From the human T2T-CHM13v2.0 reference genome, Homo sapiens, in NCBI RefSeq assembly GCF_009914755.1, contig NC_060936.1: DNA of 64,000 nucleotides, one strand, 5' to 3'. The notes below the pieces were generated by a model. The model had not been told where the DNA came from. It did no database searches and saw only the letters and a program-made list of their open reading frames with translations. Position numbers and translations under genes: made by a program. Shown one piece after another: positions 1-13,312 of this stretch (positions within the stretch are counted from its first letter, which is position 1; each line of letters starts with the position of its first letter).

Positions 1-197
<197 letters not shown>

Positions 198-287
198 TCC
201 AGCTCCTTATTTTTAATGGATTACCTTAATTTGTAGTATTCCTTTCATACATTTTTCTCACTTTAATAATCACAATTTTAAAATATG

Positions 288-355
288 AATACTTTAGTAG
301 CATTGCTAATACTACTTTATATAATAATACTTTAGTAGTATTGCTAATACTACTA
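288..355. repeat. Two-copy tandem duplication (period 38 bp), each copy with an internal inverted repeat
   Basis: aatactttagtag(c/t)attgctaatactact at 288-316 and 326-354. Confidence 0.85.
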
Positions 356-419
356 TTACAAGGATAACTACTATTGGGAAGCATTTATTGCGCAACTACT
401 ATATGTAAACTGTTCCAGG

Positions 420-580
420 TGTTTCATGTGTATTATTTTTCATCCCCACAGCAGCCCTGTGGGGTGGGTATTGTTCTTCACATTTTAGAAGTGAGGAAAC
501 AAGCTTAGAGTCGTAGTGATGTGCCTAAGATGACACAGCTGATAAGCAGTGGAGCAAGAAAGGAGCCTGGGATGTGGCTC
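420..580 (-). mobile_element. MIR SINE
   Basis: 'cattttagaagtgaggaaacaagcttagag...aagatgacacagctg' resembles the antisense MIR core. Confidence 0.7.
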
Positions 581-741
581 AACATTCATCTTTTTTCCAT
601 TGCCCCTTTCACAGACCTTTATATTCCCATTTATAGACGGGGCTGAGGGCCTCCCTAAAGAACCTATAGTTAGTCAAAGGCAGAGCTAGACCTAAGCCTA
701 GCTTTTCTGACACTTCTCGTATTAGACCTGCATTGTACGTA

Positions 742-862
742 TTTTTTTTTTAAAGACTGGTCAAATGCAGTAGTGAGAAGGGGGAAGGAGCAGAACAAGG
801 ATTTGGATCTGTAACTGACTGTGAACAATCAATTGAGATAGGGCACTACCTTTGGACCACCC
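742..862 (-). pseudogene. Y1 RNA (RNY1-derived) retropseudogene with poly(A) tail
   Basis: Reverse complement reads GGTGGTCCAAAGGTAGTGCCCTATCTCAATTGATTGTTCACAGTCAGTTACAGATCC...CTTCTCACTACTGCATTTGACCAGTCTTT followed by A10, matching hY1 over its whole length. Confidence 0.93.
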
Positions 863-964
863 CCCACGCTCTTTCCAGATGCACCACAACAGTCCTTTCC
901 CCAGGTCACCACCACTCCCTCAGCCAGGGGCTTCAGCCTTGGCCTCTAAGAGTCAGCAGGGGGT

Positions 965-1132
965 CACAGTTGGCTTTGAAACCAAGCAGACAGGTGTTTG
1001 AATCCCCACTCTGCCACCTTACAGCTGTGTGGCTTTAGGTAGATGGTTGTGAGAATTTAAATGGCATAAGCATATAAAAGCATTTGGCGTAGAGTCTGGC
1101 ACATAGTAGTGCTCACTAAATGGTAGTCATTA
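965..1132 (+). mobile_element. MIR SINE (internally deleted)
   Basis: 'tttgaatccccactctgccaccttacagctgtgtgg' and 3' end 'ctggcacatagtagtgctcactaaatg'. Confidence 0.75.
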
Positions 1133-4100
1133 AAGATACAACCTGGGACAGTGGCAGCTAGTTTAACAAACCACCACACTCCGTAGCACCTCTCACCTGG
1201 GTGCAAGTGCCCCAGGCCACACTGCAGTAGCTGCACGCTGAGGGTGTCCCCAGATATATAAGAAGCCTCTCCAAGGGCCACAGAGGTTTTTTGATGGCAA
1301 ATGGTTTAAAACATCGTTTTTATATTAAGTTGTATAAAATATACTATGTTATAAAATGCAAAGTTTGCATCATTTTAGAGCTAAAACTTAAGGCCACAAA
1401 AGAATCTATTTTCTTATTAATAAAAAATCCTATTTTTATATAATGCAAATAACGAAGATGAAGTAACCTATTATTTAATTAAACATGTCTTTAAAAAAAA
1501 AAAAAAAAGAAATAATTGGTCCTTGCTAATGGCCCTTCAGGGCAAGCCCCCAGACTGCTGGGGTCCAAGTTTACCCTCCTGCCTCTAATATCAAAGGGAC
1601 TTTGGCAGAAAAGTTTGAGAAACCCTGTCAGGAACAGAGCCTACACAAGGACCACGAAATCTGACTTCTTCATTCTTTAAAAGAACAAAACAAATAGCAA
1701 CATTGTTTTTTCTACCTTCCTACTGTTTTACCTTCAAGTTTAGCATTAAGAACATGAAATGTTTTGTTTAAATTTATGATTCTTATTTCTGATTCCTTTC
1801 TGTTTAATAATTACTAGCTGAATCATTAATCATCAACCAAGTGAATGGTCACACTTTATAGAAGGCTACAAGGTGGAACACAAGATTTGTTGGATTCTTA
1901 AGAAAGAAACTAAAAGCTGCTTGCGACTTAGATGCTCCTAAGTTTTATGACTGTGGTGGGAATTTGAGCATCCAGGCCTTGCTTCTGATGGTCCTCTCGT
2001 TCCAGTGCCCCAGTTCTAATCCTCTGTGGGTGCCCTCGGTAGGCACAGCCTTGGGGCTGCCCAGGGCTCAAGGCATCCATGTTTTTAAAGTGCCCAACAA
2101 TGGCTTTTGATTCATCAGAAACTCCACAGGACACCCACCTAACTGGGGCTCTGATACCTAATTCAGCAGCACCCACCACCAAGTCTTTCTAAGTTTTATT
2201 TTCTTTTTAATATTACATGCAATATATGTTAATTATAAATAAACGTAATAATTCAGGTAGGTGAAAAGGAGAAGGAAAAAAGGCCCAAGTAGTTTCCCCA
2301 CTGAGGAAGAACCCTGGTTAGCGAGGCAAGTCACGTGATTTTGGGAATCGTGTTGAATCTACACCCATTTAAGGTGGAAGTCTATATAGCTTGATTCTTT
2401 GGTGGTTTAGAGCTCTGCTCCGTTTAGAGTTCAGGGAGGTGGTATCTACAGGGTGTATTGCTCTGATAAAAATTAGCAGCCTGCCCAAGTTCAAGGTATG
2501 AGGGGACTGATCACAGATTTATTTGAGAATCATTACGTTGGCCCTTTGGTGACTCTAGGGATGAGATCCAGAGTACAAGGGGCCCACACTTCCAAGGGAT
2601 CCCACCACACCTTCAAATAGCAGGCTCATGGAAAGAGGATTCCCAGATTCTCCCCCTCCAGCTACGGCATTGCTTTACAATATTTAACATTCCTTGACTA
2701 AAGAGCAAGTCTAACTTGCAAGTACTCCTAGGACAGGGACTGGCTTAGATCCATGACAGCTCCCTCTCTGAGAGAAGGGCGTGCCTTACTCCACCAGACC
2801 AAACAAAACTAAAGTGACCTCTCTGCTCCCCCCAGAGAGGGGCACTGGGGATGGTAAAAGCATTTCTGTCCCTGAACCCAGGGATGAAGTAGAGAAATGC
2901 CACTTAACCATAGTCAGGACCCAAAGAATTGTGAGACCAAGCTACCAAAGGCTCAAGTGAGGGGCTGGAAAGAGTGACAAAAACAGAGAAGGACAGAACT
3001 GTGAGCCACCGGACTTCATTTAGGAAGTCAGTGCTAGGGTAACAGGAAGGATTGGGCGGGCTTTCAGGGGAGTGGAACGTGTTAGAGAAAGAACAAAACT
3101 GAGTGGAGACGCAAGGCAGGAGATGGTTTATAGGTGAATTAGCAGCAGAGGGTGGGTGGTGGCTGTGCCTGGGGCAGGGGTGGTGGGGTGAGGAGGTGGG
3201 GGTGGCAGTGCCTTTGAGGGAGCTCTTGCAGAGGGCAGCCTTTTGAGGTGAAGAGCCAGAGCTCTGGGTCTTAAGAGTTGGAAAGCAGGTTATATTTCAC
3301 ATCCTTCCCTGAATAGAGAAATTGAATTTGGTCAAGAATAAGTCCTAAGAAGCAGTTGTGAGCACCCCACCTGTCCATCTTGTTGATGAATATGGAGTGG
3401 GAGAAAAGTTGAGTGTGGGCATCTGACAAGGTCTTTATGATCCTAGATGCACTTACTATACCTTCTTCCTCCTCCTCTGCCTTGGCTAATGGGTTGTGGG
3501 TACCCACCGCACAGAGGGCTATAAGACAGTCCTTGTGGCTGATGCAGAAGCTGGGCCCTGCCCTCCTGGCCTTCTGAGGAAAGTGATTATCGTTTTTGGC
3601 TTGTTTTTCAACTATCCCTTTGCCCCCAGCAGGACTGAACCTTTCCACTCTTACCATCTCTGGGTCCCTTCAGATCTTTTATAGCCTTGAACTACCTGCT
3701 ACAAGATTTTTTTCTGTCCTAAGAATGGAGGTCCGGTCTGCTTCCTAACATTAATCCCTTCCACACGGCACAGCCTTGTTTCCTCTAGATCAGAGAGATG
3801 GCTTCTGGATTCATCTTTCCCTGCAATCCAGCTTCTCCTCCTGGGGCCCTCATACTGGAGACTGGGATCATCATCCAGGCTTTTGCACTGGGCCAGGAAT
3901 TTGGGAGTCATCCTGGATCCGTCTGCCCCTGTCAACCTTTCTCTGTCAACGGATATTTATTGGGCGTCCTCAACAGCCAGGCCCTGTTCATGGTGCTGAA
4001 GAACAGCTTGTATAAAACAACCCTGCCCTCACAGGGCGATCACCAGTGACCTGTGGTGTGGAGTCTCCTTTTACCTATGTCTCCTCCTTCCCACTGTCAC

Positions 4101-4520
4101 CATCCTTGGTCCTCCTCTGTCACCTGGAGTACTCCACTTGGTAACCAGCATGATCTTATAACGCTAGTTTTACCCTTGTCAGCACTTTGCCAAAAACCTC
4201 AAATAAAGACTTTTTTTTAAAATGTGCAATGGAAAAATAAAGTTATAAATTATATCATAACCATTGGACCTCTTTTTAAAATGCACTGAAGCCTTATAAT
4301 GTTATTCATGGATATATATCTATGGTAAAAATAGAAAAAATATATGATGGTGGTGCCTCTGAAAGGGAGGGGAATGGTACTGGGGAAGGGACAAAGGGAA
4401 CTTCAACTTTATCTGTAATGACCTGTTTATTTTGAAAACTCAAGAGCAAAATTGACAAAATTTTAACAGTAACTTAACAAAACCTCAAGTCTGGATAGTG
4501 GGTTCAAGAGTGTTACTTTA

Positions 4521-4810
<290 letters not shown>

Positions 4811-4815
4811 GTGTT

Positions 4816-5110
<295 letters not shown>

Positions 5111-5999
5111 TTACATTAGTTGTCTGTATTGTAGATACACTTGTCAAAATTTAAGCCATAAAACCCTCAGTGTCCCTCACTCTTCCCACCCCCTTAGCCT
5201 GGCCTGGCATACTGGGTCTTTCACAAGCTTGTGTCAACCTCCTCTACAGACTCATCTCTACACTGAGGGACTTGCAGTTTCCAAGTGCTCTGGCCTTGGG
5301 GCCTTTGCCCATGCTGTTCTCTTCTGAATGCCCTTTCCTGCTTTGCTACTTTGTTCTTGCCCTTCTGGATTCAGCTCCTGGGAGGCCCTGTGGATAGAAG
5401 TCAGATGGCTCAAGTAGGCAGCTGGTTAGGACCCAGGAGACAGAAACGTGTCTGGGGAGGACAACACTTTCTTGTCCTGGTTTCTATTCAGCTGCAACTA
5501 GAGAAACAGATCACCTGTTTCTTGTTCAAAACTAGGATCAGTGAGAGGAGGGTGGAAAGAGTAAGATCCTCCACAGTACCCTCCCACCTCCCAGCCTCCC
5601 CCCACATAGACTAGCCCCAAGGCAGAAACTTCCCAGCAGAAAAAGGAAAACTGATAACCTCATTCCTTGGTCTGGCTCTGTTAGGATTATCATCTGGTTT
5701 CCCCTGCTGGTGTTGGAAGAGCTGTGTTGGTGCAGGCCAGTGCTATCCTGTGACTAGAGGGAAGAAGCTCTGCCTGGGCCTGATTTGGCCACAAGCTCCT
5801 AGTAAGATGCTGAAAAGGAACACAAACTCTAGGCCCAGGACGCCCTCCCCATGCCATCCCACACCTGACTTCTGCGCACCTTGTGAGCAGATCAGATTTG
5901 GTGTTGCTTCTTCCACATCATCCTCGCATCCCCTTTCACAGACTCGGATATATCCCCTCATGGGAACCTATGGATCTACAGCATATCTATGGATATGCC

Positions 6000-6350
6000 A
6001 CCCCATGGCAACTGTCCTTTCCCCTTCATAGCATACATCACCCTGAATTATAGCTGCCTGTTTATGTATGTGTCTTCTGCACCAGGTGGTACTCCCTGAT
6101 GGGGCAGGGATTGGGTCTGTCTTGTTCACAGTTGCATCTCCAGCACCTGCAACTCTGCCTGGCTCAGAGTAAGTGCTCAGTACTTTTTGTTTTTGATTGA
6201 ATGATAGAATGACGAGTGAACTCTATTTCCCACTAGACTGTGAGCACCATGTTGACAGGGACCATGCCCTGATCATCTCTGGATCCTTAGGGCCTATATA
6301 GTGCTTGCCACATAGGAGGTGCTCAGTAGACACTTATCGATTTGAGTGAA
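6000..6350 (+). mobile_element. L2 3'-end fragments (two)
   Basis: 'ctagactgtgagc...cagggacc', 'gcctggctcagagtaagtgctcag...gattgaatga'. Confidence 0.65.
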
Positions 6351-6766
6351 CGGACTTCAGTTTCTCCACTTACAATCTGAGTAAGAGGAAGATATTCTTT
6401 GTCCTCTCTCCCTCCTTCTCCAACCACATTGGGGGTTGTGGTTGATGCTGTGAGGTCGTTCCTGCCTTATTCAACTTCATGTCCAAATCTTCTAATGGCA
6501 AAACACAACATGGTGGCCAAGTCTCAGAGTCCAGGCATCCCTCCCATAGCCCATAGCCAAGTATGGGAGAAGGGTGCTTCAGGGTCTCTCTCCATTCACT
6601 TTAGTCTCCAGCATTAGCCAAGATCCCACTGTCTACCCTGAATTCTTCCTGCTATTGCACAAGGCTTCTTTCATCTTACTGTATTGTCAGGGAAAATATA
6701 GCCAAGATTATCTGCTCCTCAACCTGAAGTAACATATAGATTCTGCCTAATTTTAGAACCGGTGTT

Positions 6767-7070
6767 AGCCAGGTGTGGTGGCTCACACCTATAATCCCAG
6801 CATTTTAGGAGGCCAAGGCTGCAGGGGAATCGCCTGAGTCCAGGAGTTCAAGACCAGCTGGAGCAATATGGCAAAACCCCATCTCTACAAAAAAAGCAAA
6901 AAAATTAGCTGGGTGTGGTGGCACATGCCTGTAGTCCCAGCTACTCAGGAGGCTGAGGCAGAGGATCATTTGAACCCAGGAAGTGGAGGTTGCAGTGAGC
7001 CAAGATCGTGCCGCTGCACTCCAACCTGGGTGACAGAGTAAGATCCTGTCTCAAAATAAAAATAAAGAAT
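6767..7070 (+). mobile_element. Alu (AluJ-like)
   Basis: Dimeric Alu with A-rich tail; approximate TSD 'aacc(g/a)gtgtt'. Confidence 0.93.
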
Positions 7071-7899
7071 AAAACCAGTGTTTCCACATCTGGAACTTTC
7101 TTTTCAAGTTTATATCACCTCTCCTTCCAAATCAGGTCTCCCCTCCTCCAGGAAATACTCCTTGATTAAGCCAAAAATGTTTTAATTTTCACCACTTGTC
7201 CTACTACTCTGCATCCCCACAGCACTTGTAGTTTGTACTTATTCCCTATCCTGTTTAAGTGTGTGTTCATCATCCTAACCATACTGCATAAGCAGGCACT
7301 ATTTTAAGTAGGCTTGACAGATTATCAGAAATTGACAAGAAAAAATACACACGAAGAAGAAAGTAGAAGAGGATTTTTTCTTTTCTTTTCTTTTTGCTTT
7401 ATCATAGAATTTCTTGTCTTGGTGCTTACAAGCTGTGTAGCACAATGAGAGGAGAATGTGATTTCTGCAAAACACTTCAGGAAGCACAAAGTATCTGTAA
7501 ATACCCAGGAATAATGACCATGTCTTTTATTTGTATTATTTTTCTAATTCCTCCACTCTATAGGGCTTGCCCAAAGTCCTTGATTTTAGCCCTTGAGTGT
7601 TGGTTGGCTGACTTAGCTTTGGATTGTGGTCCCCTGAGATCGCTGGATCTTTTTAAGCTTTAGAGTTATGCCCTGCCATGTGGATGCAAGTGGAGGAAGG
7701 ACTTCTCAGTGTGACCCATGAGAGGAGTGGCTCTCCTGGGCCCCAGGCCCCAGGCTGCATGCGTATGGGAGGGAGGAGGAGAAGCAAGGAAAGGAGGAGA
7801 GACAGAAGTATATACTGAGCTGGTAGTTGGGGGAAGGGTTGGCGGGTGTGGAGAAGGGAAGAGAGGAGTCTGGGCCAAGGCCAGAGGTGTCTCCCTGGG

Positions 7900-8980
7900 G
7901 AGTCCTCGGAGCGGGCAGCCGGACGTCGCTCCATCCTTCCCGCCTGACGGATGCGTCTGCTGCGCAGGCACAAGCTGTCGGGCCAGGCCCTGCCAAGGCA
8001 GAACAGTGGCGCTTCTGTGCGCGCTGCTCCGCTCCGCTCCGGAGGATGGGGCCCGCCCGGGAAGCCAGGGAGTGATGGAGAAAGCAGACGTCCCAGAACA
8101 GGAGCCGTGGGGTCACAGAAGCACGCCTGCCTCCCGAAACAAGGGGCCACAGGACGAGGTGGGAGGGGACCGGGAATCAACGCGGGGGAGCGTTTGGGGG
8201 AATTGTTGGTCGAAAGAAGAGAGGCAGAAGGACGCGCGCTGAAGGAGCCTGGGGATGAAGAGCTCGATGATTTGGCCACAAGCCCCCTCACCTTTAAGAA
8301 CAAAGCTTTCTGCATTCAGTTGCAGAGTTTTGTTTCCCGGTCAGATGCTCAGAGACCTTCCACCCTGTCCCCCACCCCTCAGCCTTGCCCATCTCCACGA
8401 GCATCTTCCGCGCCCTCGCCCGGGACTCGGAGCCCACCACCCTCCGCCTCCGCCTGGCCTGGCCCGCGAGATCCCTGCCGCTCCAGTTCGGAATCTGGGA
8501 TCCGCAGGCTCCCAGATCCGCCCCCGGCCCGGCTCCGACCCGCCCGTCAGCCGCCTCCCACTCAGCGTTAATTAAAACTTGCGAGATGGAGAGGCTGGCG
8601 CGGGCGGCTCCGTTTTATTTGCAGCATCTTTCATGCTGCTGACGATCGTAAAGGGCTTTAATATTGAAATATGGGCCATTTTCCCAGCTCCAGCCCTCGC
8701 CGCGCTCTCTCCGCACCCCCACACCCAGCCACCCCGCGCTTGATGAAAGAGCCCCTGCAAATCCATTAAGGAGAGATAATTGAAAACTCCGGGGTAATAT
8801 TTAAGACCGCGTGCCGACGCGGGGTGGAGGGCCTAACTGCGCCCGCTTTGTCCGTCAGTGCTGGTGCGTGCCAGTCCCTAGCGCTCTAGGCCCACCAAGG
8901 CCCCGCCGACGCCCAGCCAAGGCCCGCCGTCTTAGCGGTGCCTCCTCACTCCCTGCACTCAAAGGGCTGGCTCTGCGCTA
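7900..8980. promoter_or_regulatory. Orphan CpG-rich island with embedded homeodomain-motif cluster
   Basis: High CpG density; TTAATTAA 8568, TTTTATT 8613, TCGTAAA 8646, TAATTG 8777. Confidence 0.6.
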
Positions 8981-9910
8981 ACCTGGCTGTGCCTGGAGAC
9001 CCGACTTGCCTGGAGACCCGAGTTCCAAAAGGAGCCACAGGGCACGCTGTGTGACAGATGGATTAGGGCCAGCATGAACGGGGGCCAAAGCATCTTGTCC
9101 CACTGCTTCAGCTTCGGTTTGGTGCACCAGCATCAGGCACTGCTCAAGCTTCTGAGCACGGCATCCCCTCTGCCTGCAAGCTTTTCCCTCCAGCACTTTC
9201 TACTTGCGGAACTGCTGTTCCTCTTTCAAAACCAACCCAGTTCCACCCCAAGTAAGTGCAGTGGGGTATGGAACGTGGGTGGGAGTATAGACACACCAAG
9301 ATCCTGGTGTGACCATTGTTGCAGCTGCATGATGAGGACACTATACTGCTCTGTTTTCGTATGTTTTCAATGTTCCACAACAAACATGTTTAGAAAGCAG
9401 CTGAGGCATCTTCTTTTACGCCTCCCTCTCCCATAAATACAGACTACCTGTTATCTTGTACATTGATGTTCCTTAGCACATCGTGTTGCCATTATCTGTT
9501 TAAAGTCTTTCTGCCTACTCAGCTGTGACATCTTCAGAACAGGGATCAGGTCTAATTTCACTCCTTAGCCCTTGCTCCAGGCCCAGTGCAAGGCACATAA
9601 CATGCGCTCAGTAAACATCACTGAATAGGCTGTTCTCTGGGTACCTAGAAGTCTCTAGGGCTTAAGGTTAGGATACAAGCACACGGAAGGAGGGTAGGGC
9701 AAAGCATGGAAGAGGGGTGGGGTCTGTGAGGCTGGGTTGGGGGTCATGTCTGTCTCCCACAATGACTGGCTTCAGGATGTTCCCAGAATGGGAAAAGGGT
9801 GGAGGACCCTGTTCTGCACTGTGATTTAGGAATCCTTAGGTCTCTACCTGGGACTTTTGGGGATGTTTCTCCACTTCACTCCATTTGGCTTACTCTCCCA
9901 ATCAGGTTAG

Positions 9911-9938
9911 ACACACACACACACACACACACACACAC
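9911..9938. repeat. (CA)n microsatellite
   Basis: Direct reading. Confidence 0.95.
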
Positions 9939-10371
9939 CACCACACACCTTAGACAGGGAAAGAGTGGGAAAGAGGGAAGCAGAAGAGATTATTTGAAGA
10001 CCTACTTGTGCAAAAGGCATGAGTAGTTCAGGCATTTCCATGGATACCCAGCTAACCTCCTACTACAGGGCCTTTCCTACTTACCCCTGTTGCCCAGTCT
10101 TCCCCAACACTGTGTCCAACACCCATACAGGGGTTGTACTCACAGGATGGCACTATCGAGGAAGAGGGGGCTGTTCTGACTCAGCCCCCCTAACCGCACA
10201 TTGGCCCTGAAGCCACAGTTGCAATGATGCCCTCTCTATGGCCAGAATGAGATCCAAACCATTCCAAAGTTCCATTTCCAAACAAGGACTCCTCGTTAGA
10301 ACCACAAAACATCAGAGCTGGAGGCAACCAAAAGAGCACTGTGTCCCCTCTTAGTATCTGTGGGGCAACTA

Positions 10372-10738
<367 letters not shown>

Positions 10739-10879
10739 CTAACAAAACCAGTGCTAGAATCCCAGCAAGTTAGTGGTGGAGCTGGAATTAGAATCCCAAT
10801 CTCTTGACCCACTTAAATATATACAATTGGTATTCGAAGTGCTTTTCACAAACATTATCTCATTTAATTCTCTCTCTCT

Positions 10880-11163
<284 letters not shown>

Positions 11164-12053
11164 TGAGATAGCGTCACAATTCCCATCTACAGATGAGAAA
11201 AATGAGGCTCAGGGAGAGCCATGATTTGTCCAGTGTCATACACGGGTGGAAAACAGATCCAGGATTTGAACCCCAGTTTGACTGGCTCCAATTCCAGTGC
11301 CCTTTCCACTCACTTCTCCAGTATCTCCCCCTACACCCCACCCAGCCAAGTCAGGCCAGTTTCCCAGACACTCACCCTTCATCCCTGGACATCTCCAGCC
11401 AGAGGTCTTTTTTCTCCTTAGCCCAGCTTCCCCCACCCAGGGCAATGTTCTTTGCCCCAGATTTGGAGGTGGCGGTGTGGTAGTCCCCGCCGTGGTTCTG
11501 GGTACAGGCCTCCATGAACTGAAGCCATGCACAGCCTGGCCTCCTGTGCGCAGCCCTACTCCTGTTCGTGGCCACGGAGGCCTCAGCCATAAATCCCCAG
11601 GTCTCAGCTCATAACCATTAGCAAGCGATTGGGCTCATCAGGACGCCTTTATGAGACTCAGGTCAAATAAATGGATTGCCGGAGGTCAGGAACAAGGGAT
11701 CTCCTTGGCTTGCCTTGCCTTGCTTCCGAGATGCTCCCACCACGCAGAGGTTGGCAGATTCTGTTTGACTCACAGCTGTAGGTGGAAGTGGGGGCATTGT
11801 CACAGTGGGATAAAGATGTACAGTATCCCCTGGTACTCCACACCCATAGAAGGAAAAGCGCTTGGAGATGCACATCCTCAGATAGCCCACAGTCATTAGG
11901 GCTGGAGGAACGCACACACAGAGGCACATATACACACTCAGACCCCCATCTCTGATTCAAATCCACTCTTCAGCAACCAACCCCCCAACCCCACCCATCT
12001 CATATCCTCTGATGTCCTCACACTCCATTCCTCCTGTGAGGTATTTCCTGAAA

Positions 12054-12200
12054 CACTGCTTCTCAAACACCACTGCGCATACAGATGACCTGGGACCTGG
12101 TTAAAATACAGATTCTGACTCAGTAGATCTGGGGTGGCACCCGAGCTCTGTTTTCTAACCAGCTTCCAGGTAAGGCCAGGGCTGCTTCTCCAGAGATTTT
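12054..12200. mobile_element. MER5-like hAT-Charlie DNA transposon fossil
   Basis: 'cttctcaaac...cagattctgactcagtagatctggggtgg...ttttctaaccagcttccaggt'. Confidence 0.7.
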
Positions 12201-12202
12201 AA

Positions 12203-12763
<561 letters not shown>

Positions 12764-12911
12764 GACCACCCAATTTAAAGGGTCCCTGCTCCACCCTGTC
12801 TGTGATTACCCACTTCACAACAGGTCTCAAAATTGCATGTATGTATTTGCTAACTTGCTTACTTATTTTTTTGTCTGTTTCACTCTCCGAAATGTATGGT
12901 CCTTGAGTTCA

Positions 12912-13312
<401 letters not shown>

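Noticed and set aside
1280-1628. AT-rich segment with an A-run at about 1493-1508 as a processed pseudogene 3' end
   Set aside because: No identifiable parent or TSD; the terminal 'aaaagtttgagaaaccctg' suggests an old hAT fossil instead, and boundaries are not definable
8245-8270. 'cctggggatgaagagctcga' loosely resembling a Hox3 PWMKESR hexapeptide
   Set aside because: Needs several indels, has no donor at the expected distance, and I found no matching homeobox; no HOXC3 or HOXC2 relic is claimed
7653-8315. 220-aa minus-strand ORF starting MQKA.., reminiscent of the Hox3 N-terminus (MQKATYYD), and the overlapping 174-206 aa plus-strand ORFs
   Set aside because: Wrong strand relative to the Hox relic, similarity ends after 4 residues, and long ORFs in several frames are expected in GC-rich DNA
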